Origin: Eledone cirrhosa
Lineage: Eukaryota
DNA length: 64,000 bases
Direction: 5' to 3'
Assembly: GCA_964016885.1 (NCBI GenBank)
Contig: OZ024742.1
Span: 183,272,001 to 183,336,000, forward strand
The notes beneath the pieces are model-generated. The model did not search any database. It was not told the origin of the DNA and was given only the letters and a program-made list of their open reading frames with translations. Made by a program: the position numbers and the translations under genes. This document shows positions 40,897-54,307 of the stretch, piece by piece (position 1 is the first letter of the stretch; each line of letters opens with the position of its first letter).

Positions 40897-41250
40897 TTAA
40901 TTACTAGTTGTGATGTTGCTACTCCGCTCATGTTTACTTTTTAATTTTGGTTGAAGTTCGTTTATATTTGTTGCCTCTGTGATTTGTCTGAGCATTGCAT
41001 CTTTTCTGTGTGTGGATATAATTTTTATCTCTATGTTCTCTAATGTACCCCTATGTTCTATTTTGGCATGTTGGTAGAGTACTGATGAGTTTTTCCCATC
41101 CTGGAGTTCTCGCCAGCGTTCACTTATCCTTTCTCCTATGCTACGGGCTGTTTCATCTATGTATGTTATATTCTTATTCCTACACATTCTTATTCCCTCA
41201 GTACATCTTATGATATATACTACGTTCCTAGTTATGCAGTTAATTATCAA
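40897..41250 (-). pseudogene. Penelope-like GIY-YIG endonuclease fragment
   Basis: NCITRNVVYIIRC...YIDETARSIGERISE...SVLYQH...LRQITEATNINELQPKL. Confidence 0.8.
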
Positions 41251-41254
41251 ATGA

Positions 41255-41462
41255 GTCTAAAGTCTGTCTTAAGCGAGAAGGCTCATTTGGCCGGTGCTTA
41301 TCCCGGTTTCATGGCGTGAAGCGACTGAGAGTACAAGACTCCCCACTGGACAGAACGCCAGTCCATCGCAGGGTTAAACCTCCAGCTATTGCTGGTACTC
41401 ATTTTCAGCTGAGTAAACTGGAGCAACGTGAAATAAAGTGTCTTGCTCAAGGAAGCAACACA
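41255..41462 (-). mobile_element. SINE fragment: family 2 central domain with a different tail
   Basis: cagctgagtaaactggagcaacgtgaaataaagtgtcttgctcaagg. Confidence 0.7.
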
Positions 41463-42700
41463 TTTGACCGCCTAACCAACACGCAGCATGGCTTTCTCCC
41501 AAGAAGAAGCTACATTACACAGCTGTTATAACACTATGACTGGGTACTGAAACAACTGCTGGACAGCTCACATGTGGACGTGATATATATCTTGACTTTG
41601 CGAAGGCCTTTGACAAGGTCGACCACAGAATGATATGTCACAAACTACACAGACTCGGCATGATTTCTTAAAAGACAGAAGCCAGACAGTCGCAGTTAAT
41701 GGAGCCCTCTCAAAGGAAACACCAATAACAAATGGAGTGCCCCAGAGCACAGTCTTGGGACCACTATGTTTTTGTTGGCTCTTTCAGACAACATCCTTCA
41801 CTAACTATGCTGATGACACAAAAGTAGCATAGGCAATCAAAAAATCCGGCTGATGTTACCCTTTTACAACAAGATCTGGATGCCATATACAAATGGGCTA
41901 AGGACAACAACATGCAGTTTAATGTTGGAAAATTTCAAGTCTTACAATACCAACATGCTAACACAAAGACAGTACAACACAACTAACTACACCGGACCAA
42001 AAGGGATCGAAATCCCCGTGTCGAAATCGATACGAGATCTGGGTATAGACATGAGCGACGATGCATCTTTTTCTTCACACATCACACAATGTGCAGACGA
42101 CTCGCTGGTTGGATCTTGAGGACTTTCCAGACCGCACTACTGCTCCCAACTGTGGTCACCCCATAGTATCAAACTAATCACGAAGCTTGAGGCAATCCAA
42201 CTAAGCTACACCAAGAGGATTGCCACATGAAGGAGATGAGCTACTGGGAGAGGCGAAAAGAACTGACACTCTACTCCTTGGAACGAAGACGAGAGAGATA
42301 CGCAGTGATCTACATGGAAAATCCTGGAGGGACTAGCACAAAACTTTGGCATTGAGGGTTGGACCAACCCCCGAACAGGACGCCATTCCGTGGTGCCAAA
42401 GGTCCCGTTTTTCACATCTAGAATAAGGAGCAGATATTGCAATAGCCTGGGGTTCAAAGGCCCTCAACTCTTCAACAAGCTGCCAAAAAATTTGAGGGAT
42501 ATGCATGGTGTGGACGTGGATGTTTTTAAGAAACATCTTGACACCCTGCTATCCAGGATCCCAGGTTAGCCCACAGCACGGTACGAAGGTAACCTAAGGG
42601 CATCAGCAACGAACTCCCTCTTACACCAATGGTCTGCCAATACACGCTGGAGATAGAATGTGTAGCAACAAGTGCGGATTGCTGGAACAGGTAAAAGAGA
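41463..42700 (+). mobile_element. CR1/L2-group LINE ORF2 remnant (RT to 3' end)
   Basis: QHGFLPRRSYITQLL, DVIYLDFAKAFDKVDH, GVPQSTVLGPL, YADDTKV, LYSLERRRERY; many frameshifts. Confidence 0.88.
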
Positions 42701-42742
42701 ATACACACACACACACACATATATATATACACACAAACAAAC

Positions 42743-42773
<31 letters not shown>

Positions 42774-43687
42774 TATACACGTATATGTATATATATATTA
42801 TACATATAATAGTAATAATAATAATAATAATATAATTATTAAGTGCAGTATTAAAACTTTACCGGATTGTCATGTGGCACATTAGAACTGGCTGGAACAG
42901 AGCTGTCTTGTTTCTGAACATTACCAACAATATATTTCTTGTTACTTTCAACGTCTCTTTGGAAGAAACTGAACGTAACACTGCAGGATAACGAAGTACG
43001 TTGATTTCGTAGAGTTCATGTTGCTTACGTGTTCCGATTCGGGTTCAAAACATCAACCTTTCAGCTCATAGTCAGATATCCTAACACTCATCTTCAAAGG
43101 CGCATGGTCATAAAGTCATGTTTGATTCCTGAACGGGGTGGTACGTTGTGGTTCTTGGGCAAGACGCTTTATTCCTATGATAGAAATGCGGCCTTTACAA
43201 TTAATTTATAAAAAACACGTAAGAAACCTATGAGATACACCCTCATATGACGCCAGCTAAACATACATAGGTGTTAGCTGTAACAATATTATGGAACTGG
43301 GGCTTCTATCATTAAAACACCCGAGAAACCTCCGACGATCTTGCCTCACATCTAACGCCGGCTGAACTTGCATGGGTGCAAGCCATAATTTTTTTTTCAC
43401 ATAGCGACAGTGGTGTGAACCATAGGCAGTTACATTTCTATCTAGATATTTCACATCGCATAATTTAATGTCATCTCGAATGGGGACTATGTGATGTTGG
43501 TGTCTACCAATATATCGATGACTTAACCATATCATCTTTGTGCAGTACATAAACACCTTCTATAAATAAATCGAAACATCGATTTGTCTTCCAATATAAA
43601 TACATGAAATAGTCTGTGACATTCAGACACTACGGGAATTAATAGCCAGAATAAACAGAAACAGACCCAAACTAAAAGGCTGATCCA

Positions 43688-44412
43688 AGTGTGACAGTTA
43701 CGCTACAATACTCTCTACACTATTCCCATAGTACATATCAGATCAACATTACATGGCCCCAGCTGTGACTGTTACTCTACAATACTCCTACAGTACATAT
43801 CAGATCAACATTACATGGCACCAGATGTGACTGTTACTCTACAATACTCCTACAGTACATACCAGATCAACATTACATAGCACCAGATATGATGGTTACT
43901 CTACAATACTCCCATAGTACATATCAGATCAACATTACATGGCCCCAGCTGTGACTGTTACTCTACAATACTCCTACAGTACATACCAGATTAACATTAC
44001 ATGGCACCAGCTGTGACTGTTACTCTACAATACTCCTACAGTACATATCAGATTAACATTACATGGCCCCAGCTGTGACTGTTACTCTACAATACTCCTA
44101 CAGTACATACCAGATCAAGATTACATGGCATCAGATGTGACTGTTACTCTACAATACTCCTACAGTACTTATCAGATCATCATTACATAGCACCAGATGT
44201 GACTGTTACTCTACAATACTCCTACAGTACATACCAGATCAACATTACATGGCATCAGATGTGACTGTTACTCTACAATACTCCTACAGTACATACCAGA
44301 TCAACATTACATGGCATCAGATGTGACTGTTACTCTACAATACTCCTACAGTACTTATCAGATCAAGATTACATAGCACCAGCTGTGACTGTTACTCTAC
44401 AATACTCTCTAC
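43688..44412. repeat. 62-nt minisatellite, about 11.5 copies
   Basis: cctacagtacataccagatcaacattacatggcatcagatgtgactgttactctacaatact; period 62 (44159, 44221, 44283). Confidence 0.92.
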
Positions 44413-47239
44413 AACACTTCTCCACTACTGACCGGATCAATATTATTCAGAACCAGATGAACAATGAACGTTTGATTCAATGATTACTTTAGAGAATTAT
44501 AAATAAAAAAGAAAAACAATTATATACGCTCCTGCCATCTTGTCCATGGGGTGTCTGTTCAACTGAAGGTGTGAAGTTTACATTTGTAAATATTTTTATG
44601 TTCTTTTTTTTCCCTTTCTTTGTTTTTCTAGTGTATATTTGAAAAACTAAATAACGTTTTATATAATATGTAGGTAAAATTATTTATTGCAAAGAAATAT
44701 CGATTCTCTACCATAAAGACACAGAGTAATAGTAGCAACAGGACATTAACTAGAAATGTAATGTACTGGCTAAATGGCTGAGTATCACAAAGTGATATTC
44801 CCGCAGGGTCTCGTAGTGTAGTTATGGCTGATTTCCTCGCTATCTAACAGAAATAAAACGGTAAATATCCATTTCCTAACTGTCTCTTATCTATGAAGAG
44901 ATCTGCAGGCGAAGATGTGATTACGTCGACAATGGATGTGAGTCGAACAGTCAACCTTAAACGACTTCAGAAGAGAAAACCATTACAATTATTTCTAACC
45001 GAATAATTCGAGCACAATTTCTTCTTCTATCTTTATTCCTTTAATGTTCCAACTGACGCTTTTCAAAGACCAATAATAATCTTCACATATTAGTACCATT
45101 TACTGGCTTGTGTCTTATTCCAGGCCAGTTAGTGTTCAATACGTATATAAGTAGTCCCAACGAACATCATTACTACTTTCATAGTTCCTTTATACTAGGA
45201 TACAACTTGTGTAATTCTTGAAAGTCTATTTGATATGGCAATCACAGCAGGAATTACCAGGGTAGTTAAGCTCTTGATGTTACAATTGCATCTCCCGGGT
45301 TTCATTAACACTTTCAGTCAATTTTACTGCAGCTGGGTTCTTAATGATATTCACAAAGAAAGGTAAGGTGGCATTTTATCCTGCCCCGCAAGTTAACAGG
45401 GCCAATCAACTAGAAATGATTACTACTGGTTAAGAGTAACCAACCAAAAACCATACACGTTTGATGGTCTATTGTATGCGCATGTGTTCAATGTGTGTGT
45501 GTGTTGCTGTTATGGCTCACACCTGTAAATGTCCCTGGTTTAATTATACAAAACTGTTTGTTTTAAAATGCTTAAAGTTATCTAAAAAAAAACAACCCTT
45601 CCATCATAATTGTGTGTAAGAATCATTATGTTCCAAACACCAACCTAAAAAGGAGAAATATAGTTATATTATTAAACCCCTCTAAATTCTCGATTATTTT
45701 CAAAATTATTAGGAATATGGTAATGAAAGAGTTGAGTAAACAATGATAACTCAATGAAGGTAGCTTTTCTTAATCCTCTAAAGCGGGGATTTGTAACTGG
45801 GGGTATCCATATGACTGGGGTATGAGAATACTTAATCTTTAGTATGACATTCTTTAAATACATGACAAAATCCTTATGATTTCCTTTTTAATGCTGTCAA
45901 AAAAGAATGGTGGTGGTATTTCGATAGACCGATGAATGGAATATGGAAATATATTGGGCAAGTCTTGAGCAATGGGGGTCGAAATCGTAAAAAGGATGTT
46001 TTAAATTAAAAAAAATAAAAAAAGGTTTAAAACATAACTAGTTAAAAAAAAGGTTTAAAACATAACTAGTTAACCCGCAATGACACCAAGTGTTGTTTTC
46101 TTAATACTCCTTGCTAATGATATGAATAGTCGCAGTCTTTATATACTCGTGGGCTTATATACCATCAGATATGGTACTTAATTCCATTAGATATTATTGG
46201 CAATACTGCGAGGTTCATATAAATTAGACTACTTTACATTCAACAAGCCAACAAGAGTGCCTGTATGAGGTCACATGAGTTAGAAATAGCAGCTAAATGT
46301 CCCTTAAATCACACACAACTGACGAGTAAAAGGTCACATTTGGGTAATGTAATCCAAGGTAAATGAAAGCAGAAGAATCATAGATAGATCATACTTCACC
46401 TGGAGATAAGGCTTTCCTTACCTTATTTCTAATGAAAGACATTGCCTATGATTTTTAAATAATTTACAAAATAATCAAGAATCTTAAGGAACTTAGTAAT
46501 ATAACTTTATTATTATTAAGTTAATGTGCGAAACGTAACAAATGTTCTTACATAAAATTATAATTGAAAGATTTTTAGATAACTACAAACACTTTAAAAT
46601 ACAACAGTTATGTATCATAGAACCAAGAGCGATGTGGTATCGAAGGAGTTAAGCAATATCTGTTCATTCAAATATCTAGCAAAAGGTAGAATTTGTACTA
46701 CCAAACCCCGCAGTAAGTTACTGTCCATTTACTGAATTACCAGCTCTCATTAACCACCACTAAAGTATACATCAAAACTAACAGCCCAGGATTATGTTAG
46801 CCGGCTAAATGGTAAAGTTGTTAGAAGAAAGTTGAATAGAATGGTTTGCACTATTTGATCATACTTGCCACCCTTCTGGTTCAATCATGTGACCAACTTT
46901 TATCCTTTCAAGATCGATAAGTAAAGTATCAGTCTAGCACTAGAGCGGATTATCCCCCCCCCCTCTCTCTCTCGAAGAAAACACCCGTGCTCAGGCTTGG
47001 AGAAAGATGAGCTCCACAAGGTTTAAAATACCCGAGATACACCGTAATTTCGCGGTGGCACCCGTATGACTAAATCAAGAGTTCAGAGTCTAAGGCAGGA
47101 AGTGGATAAGTTGCTCATAGCTATAAAATTAAATATTTTACGTAATTGATCTGGTTACTCTTGTTACGTAGGCACAAGGCCAGCAATTTAAGGTAAGCGA
47201 GAGAGAGAGTATGTGTGTGTTTGAAAGAGAAAGGGATGG

Positions 47240-47272
<33 letters not shown>

Positions 47273-47397
47273 AAGAGAGAAAGATGGGGGGGGGGGTTAG
47301 AGTAAATTAGTTGACTGAGGGGAAACGGTCTCAGTTAGCCGTTAAATTGTTTTATCGGCCCAGGATCGATGAAAGACAAAGCTGATCTTGTCGGGGT

Positions 47398-47562
47398 TGT
47401 TGTTTCTAGTTTTGGCACAAGGCCAGCAATTATCCCAGTGCATTTCTGGTACTTTATTTTATCGACCCCGTAAAGATGAAAGGCAAAGTTAACCTCGGGA
47501 GGTAACTCTATGGTTCAAAGCATGGCGTCCGACCCTCTACCGATACTGCCAATCCACCGCCC
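47398..47562 (-). mobile_element. SINE family 1 nested in an older SINE
   Basis: A young copy interrupts a diverged copy starting near 47160. Confidence 0.75.
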
Positions 47563-48084
47563 TGTTGAACTCAAAATATGTGTATATAATAGGGTTGTAA
47601 TCAAACGGTGAGTGCATTAGTCATCGATATAAATATATGATTAAACGATATATGTAACCTCAGCATCTTATTTTGTTAATTTTATATATATAGATATATA
47701 GATAAATAGATAGAGATACACGCACACGTTTACATGCATTGTTTCATGATCAATTATCTAACTGTTAATATCTAATTCTTACAATAACATCATTCTTTGA
47801 CAAACGAATGAATGAATGATACGATATTAGACGTTTAGACATCTGACATAAAGACGTTTAGGCATCTGGCGTACTAGTAGTAGTAGAAGAAGAAGACTCA
47901 GGCAGCTGCACAAGAGAAAGTCATTAGAAATTTTACACACAGACGCGCGCGCATGTATACATGTGCGAGGGAAAGACACAGTTTGTTACATGGTGAGAAT
48001 TTTTTTATATCTATAATGTGTATTATAGAGTGCTTATAAACCAGTGATATTTCCTTTAAGCGTCAAACTAATAAACTGTTATTA

Positions 48085-48259
48085 TTGGCAGTATCGGTAG
48101 AGCGTCAGGCATGCTTTCCAGCATAGTTACGTCCCTTTACGATCTGAGTTCAAATCAAGCCGAGGTTAACATTGCCTTTCATCCTTACGAGGTCGATAAA
48201 ATAAAGTACCAGTAATGTACTGGGTAATTGCTGGCCTTGTGCCAAAAGTAGAAACAATT
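48085..48259 (+). mobile_element. SINE family 1
   Basis: Consensus-like. Confidence 0.85.
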
Positions 48260-48395
48260 ATAATAAGTTGTTTTTTTAAATACTTTACAGTATCCAAGAT
48301 GTGAGGAGCGAAAAAGTCTCTGGCAGTGGTCTCCGAAATGAGACACCAACCTCTTACTCAAGCGTAAAGAGTAAGAACATGCGGCCTCTTCCCAT

Positions 48396-48430
<35 letters not shown>

Positions 48431-49448
48431 TTAAATCTGAAAATGATCCACTTCAGTTTAAAAAGGTTCACCATCCCTGGGATATAGGTTTAATTTTTCT
48501 TCCCTCAACAGCAACAAAAACATTAAGATATTTTTCTAAGTCATATCAGTGATAGATATCCTTTACAGAAAAATCTCTGTATCAAGGAGGAAACATATTG
48601 AATAATGAGCGTATTTATGTCCCTCTCTACATTTCCAAGTAGTCTTATCCCGGCTCTGGTTCTATGAAACAAAACCAGTTACAAAGGTTTCATATTTAAA
48701 TCTAAACTTCTCAAGAAAGTTTGATATAAAAACATATTGAGTCGTTAATCAATACCATTCTAACCGTGAAACAATAATTTTAGTAAATCTCTAGAATTAA
48801 TTCCAATACGATATATTTCACTTTCTACGTGTCAATTTTTAAAGTGCCCCCCCCCCCCCCCCCCCAGTCCTCACCCCATAAACCGGAAGTTCATCTCTAG
48901 TCTCACTACAGCCTCAATCACATCAACAATACAAGTCAGCGATGGCTTTCAAAAGCTATGGGTAACGCCCTTTTCTATGTAAGTCTGTCTGTGTTTAAAT
49001 ATACAAATAATTTTACCAACTAGCGTAAATTAAGACCGTATAAACCAAACTTCTCTGAAATAAACATCATAAATTAGTTGAAATTCCTTCACATTATATA
49101 TATATATATACATAATTTTTATAAGGTGTTAACTGACTAGAGTTCTGCAACCTACACTGCAATCAGTCGATGGTAATACCAATATGTACAAATTCGAGTT
49201 CGTTTTGATAGTCAAGGTGGAATATACATACAGTAGATATTAGCGAAAGCCATATCATGTTGTGTATAAATTTATTCATCTATTATACATATTTCTCTGG
49301 AGTCGATGTTATCACCACCTAGCCATCAGCCCAAGTTCATCATTCAAAGATAAAGACAAGCAACCTCTATAGATTTTCATATTGTATTCCCAAAAGAACC
49401 ATGGTAGAAGGGTGAATTCTGAAAATGACAGAGAATCCATTGAGGCGT

Positions 49449-49501
<53 letters not shown>

Positions 49502-50034
49502 ACTACAACAGATGCAGATGGAAGTTTTCAGTACCATCTGCAATCATTGTTGTTATTCTTGGCTTTTTAAAATACACAAGTGTATTTAATATGCATATGT
49601 GTATATGTATTGTATATCGTATGGGGATGTATGTATATTATACAGATGTACACTTTTCTTCCATTTTAGTCCGCAACAAAGTTTCATCCTTAGAATTGAG
49701 ATAATCAAATCTCGCCGGGGTAAACTTTGCTTTTCATCCATCTAGTGTCTATAAAATTAAGTACCAGTAAAGTACTAGGGTTGATATACACAACTTTCCC
49801 GTTTACGCAAATTGCTGGCCTTTAAATAAACCATTACAATTTAGATAACTGAAAGCAGTTACTGACGGGAATCAACCCAGAGGTGACGACGAACTTCTGT
49901 GTGTATGTACATAAAGAGCCTAAACATCAAAACATCCGAGAAACCACCAGTGAGATTATATATCTCTCTCTCTATATATATATAGGAGAGAGAGAGAGAG
50001 AGAATGGAGCGCAAAACTGATGATGGTTGTAATC

Positions 50035-50210
50035 ATTGTTTCTACTTTAGGCATAAGGCCAGCAATAACCAGTACATTACTGGTACTTTATTTTATCGAC
50101 CCCGTAAGGATGAAAGGCAAAGTTAACCTCGGCGGGATTTGAACTCAGACCGTAAAGAGACGTAACTATGCTAGAAAGCATGGCGTCCAACCCCCTACCG
50201 ATACTGCCAA
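50035..50210 (-). mobile_element. SINE family 1 with 12-bp TSD gatggttgtaat
   Basis: TSD at 50022-50033 and 50211-50222. Confidence 0.9.
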
Positions 50211-52195
50211 GATGGTTGTAATGATTTAAAGACGGAGAGTGGGTTGTAATGGTGTAGATGGAGATAGGAGATCCATTATTAATGTTTTCAGTAAAACAGT
50301 AAACCTATATTTATGAATTTGAATAAATATTTAATTTAAAAAAAAAAAAAAACCATAACATTTTCTTTTAAAGAAATTAAGGAGAGTCGACTAGTTTTTC
50401 AAACAAGTTTGCTCCCTTCTGAAATAAACGAAAACATCCAATCAAAAATAAGTTTGGAATTGTTGATTATTTTACAGAAAGAAGTGATGCAAATGATATT
50501 CTCTCCTCTGTAACTTACAGCCAATGAGAAATTAATTTATTATATATTTATCATAATAAAGCTGCGTTATATTTCGTGTAAAATGTCGGTCACGTTGAAA
50601 AGGGTATGGTAAGAAAGAGAAAACAGAGCGGTGGTAGTCATCGTGACTAGCAGAAACTCGGCATATTTTTGGTTTTTGTTTTGTTTTAGTCTAACACTGT
50701 AACAGGTCTTTATGGAAGGGGAGGGGGTAAGTGTGTGGAAGAGGAAACAGTGAATGAGTGAGTGTGTGTGCATGTGGGAGTGCGCGCGCGTTTGTATGTG
50801 CATGGTAGCAGCATCGTTGAAATCTGTTTAGTGTTAAGATTTATATAGCCCAGCCTGTTTCAGCTATGTACAAACTAGATGCATTTTGAAGAGCTCGAGC
50901 AAAACACCTATCATATTTAATGTACGAAGAATAAATGGTAAGAATATGTGCCTGCGGCGTGTTTTCAAAAGCTTGTGCAAAATATAATAATATAATGAAA
51001 GTGATGAAATTCAAAAATGAAGAAAGCCAGGGAACTAAAAGAGGTATTACTTACACGAAAAGTATTATTTATTCTAAAATTATAAATTAGTTAAACCTCC
51101 CATTTTATTAGTTTGTCATTTGTTAAATTAATTCGATATATTTTGTATTGTTGTATATATGTAATTAAGTACTGTATATATGTATAGAAATATATAACAT
51201 AAAATAAAGAAATCAAAATGTCATACTGATGTTTAATACATGATGGTTGTTTCTAATTAAACTGTGGAATTTCCACAGGGTCAGCTAGTGAATGGTGGTA
51301 GTTCTAGAAATGCTTGAAATGTCAGAGTGACATATACAGGAGCGAATTTACAATAACCAGCCACGAATCTTGAAATTCTTATGAACAGACAAATTGTTGT
51401 ATTTAAGAAATTCCTTCCTTTCATTTAATTCATGAGAAGAACGACAGACGGGTGGAGCTCTCAGCGAGATGTTTTCTTTTTAACAACAGATAAATTCTGA
51501 GGAATTTACGGAGGAGAAACTCATAGGATTTAAAAGAAAAGCTCTGCAAACAATTGTAAACAAATATGAAAAAGAAGAAAACACAGCTTGTATTTTTAAG
51601 TTAAAATAGAATAAATGAAAAAGACAGGCGATAATTTGTTAAATCCAAAACAAAATAACTTCCGCAGAGGCAACAGAGGAGATAAGTTATCAATGTTTAT
51701 AGAAGCGTGAGGTGTAAACATGCACGGGACTTGTTGCACCATATAAACAAATCCTTCTGTAAAACAACAACAACACACACACGCATAAAAAAAAAACCCA
51801 CACCAGCTATGAACTAGTTTTTAATAACTGCCACTTTTTCACCCCTGCCTGCTTCTTTTATAGCAAGTGTTATCCAGTTAGGGAAAGGCTATAAATGTAA
51901 TACATATAGAATTTTCTGTGAATAGTTTTAACCTGTCACGATCCTAGGGGCCCGTCGGGCCACAGTTTACCTCGGTTTTAAGGAGGCACAAGCATATTTC
52001 TAATTTTTGAAAATAATATATTTTAAAAAATTGGGAAGGATTTAGGAAAACAATGTTGTTGTGAGCTGGTGTTGGAACAAAATGTTCTGAGATTAAATTA
52101 TCTTAGTCAGATTTAGTTTCAATATAAGCATTTTAAAATGAATGATTTTATAACATAAAAATTGAGGCGTTCTCGGACAAGTGGTATAAAAAATG

Positions 52196-52323
52196 CAGAC
52201 CTGTCAACTCTCCCCGTCTGACGATGTTTTCTCTTGTGAAAATGGGTATAGCTTTCATTATGTAAAATCTCCCCATTTTGCCTTATTTCTCCCTGTTTGG
52301 GTTTTTAGAGGATAGCAGGTCTG
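52196..52323. mobile_element. MITE with CAGACCTG TIRs and 6-bp TSD aaaatg
   Basis: aaaatg-cagacctgtcaac...gatagcaggtctg-aaaatg. Confidence 0.78.
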
Positions 52324-53360
52324 AAAATGTGAAAGTACAAAACTCCTGTTTTCATATAAGCTTCTAATCTGAATTACACTGAGTCAATGTTAATTCTAAT
52401 CAATTCAATGGTTTTACTAATATCATTAACAGTTTTCATTATTCTAATTCTCCAATAGATTCTATAAAAAGTCTCTTCCGATGAAGAGTTTTATACGCCA
52501 TTTGGAACCAAAATAAGCGTCCGGCCTTCGTTCAATCTGTGGGGAAATTGCCGGAAAACTGATGATTATGTAGCATGATACCAAACTTTTGATGATATCC
52601 AAATTTCAACTCGGCTGTTTTATCTGGCCATCCGACAGTTTTCTTTAGAATCCATGAAATCCAATATGAATGAGATATACCGCCCAGGAAAAGGAATAAA
52701 GTTTGCCTCCCCTTTCCATCGCCATCTTTTTTTTATCTTATTTATATATTTACCCCGATTTTTTTTCTTTTCTTTCTTCCTATTCATAAATATATACAAT
52801 TGAATATGAAATTTTGAATAAAACTACAAAAACCCAATTAAGTAAGTAAGATTTAAAAATAAATGGTGGTGGATAACCAAATCTAGAGGGTGATAATTCC
52901 GAACAGATATTCCTCCGAAAAATAAAACAGACACGGCTGTAAAATATTCGCTATATTTTCTTCTTCTTGAGAAACAGGGGTCGCATTATACATAAATACA
53001 CACGGAAAACTAATGAGATATACACATAGTGGTGACAATTCTTACAGCAAAAAATATAAAATATAAAACACATACAAAAAAGAAAAGCTACTAATGTGAT
53101 TTTCGTATGTGTGACCTACCTATATCAAACTATTCAGGGACTAGAATAACACCCCTTTCTTCATACCCCACTCATAAAAGATTTGGCTCCGTTGGAATGC
53201 TTTAAAGAAATTCAGTCCATAGATCTAACATAATGTGACACATAGTAGGGGTGTATATGAACGCATATACATGTTTATATGTATAATTAGCATACGAGAG
53301 TCTCGCAACGAATTTTTAAAGCTGTAACCATATCACAGCTATCTCAGTGACTGCCGAGAA

Positions 53361-53400
53361 TGCCAGACAGCTGCTTCTGCAATTTAATCCTTCATCAGAG
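53361..53400 (-). ncRNA. Heavily degenerate hammerhead motif
   Basis: CTGATGA-aggattaaattgca-GAAG-cagctg-TC; palindromic loop III but broken stems. Confidence 0.35.
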
Positions 53401-53472
53401 ATATTTATTCACATGGTGCTGAGACAATAGGTTACATCCGATGTGTTCTTGCATATATATATATATATATAT

Positions 53473-54183
53473 AAATGGAAAAAATGAAATTTCATTTCTC
53501 ACTTTTCGTACGGCTGATACTTAAATGTAAGTATGTATACGTACATACATATATGTATACAGACGTACAGTAGTATGTATATACAAACATACATGCACAC
53601 ATATAAATGTACGTATGGGTTTACCGAACATTTATTATAATCTCGGTTTGTTTGTAAACAAACAGCCGATATTATTAGCCGTACAGTGTTCGGCAACCAT
53701 CGTTGCCATTTTGTTCAACACTGACAAAGGACCGATGAACTAGTTTCTAGCTTATTAGCTGTCATCAGCACCGTATTTCTTCCTGTCAGTTGATTGAACG
53801 TTTGAAAGTATATACTTTCCTTATGTATATTAACGGCTGAGCAGCCTAATTTGCATATCGAGTGAGTTAGTCGGCGAGGCGTACCGAAAACGATAAATAG
53901 AAAAAATGAAATTTCATTTCTCACTCTCAGTATGGCTGATACTTAAATGTAAGTATGTATACGTACATACATATATGTATACAGACGTACAGTAGTATGT
54001 ATATACATACATACACACATATATATATGTACGTATGGGTTTACCGGTTACAAACAAACCGGGCATTATAATAAATGTTCGGTAAACTCATACGTACATA
54101 TATGTATGTGTGTATGTATGTATATGTACATACTACTGTACGTCTGTATACATATATGTATGTACGTATACATACTTACATTT
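53473..54183 (-). mobile_element. Family A head-to-tail array (about 1.35 units, period 422 nt) plus an inverted fragment
   Basis: tgaaatttcatttctcac recurs at 53485 and 53907; 54047-54183 is an inverted partial copy. Confidence 0.85.
53733..53773 (-). ncRNA. Minimal hammerhead ribozyme, family A
   Basis: cggtg-CTGATGA-c-agct-aata-agct-a-GAAA-ctag-TT-catcg. Confidence 0.8.
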
Positions 54184-54248
54184 ATATATATATATATATA
54201 TACATATAATTTGTTTATACTTATCAAGTATATGTATATACACAATAT

Positions 54249-54300
<52 letters not shown>

Positions 54301-54307
54301 CATACAT

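Noticed and set aside
43626-43683. Possible terminal exon TLRELIARINRNRPKLKG*; also micro-exon candidates near 44909-44937 and 51490-51610
   Set aside because: No recognisable homology or consistent exon chain; splice-like sites are expected by chance
43688-44412. CRISPR-like or coding interpretation of the 62-nt and 48-nt arrays
   Set aside because: No unique spacers and no cas genes; the period is not a multiple of 3, or there are stops in all frames
45150-45360. Possible degenerate RLE-type retrotransposon C-terminus on the minus strand
   Set aside because: Motifs are too eroded
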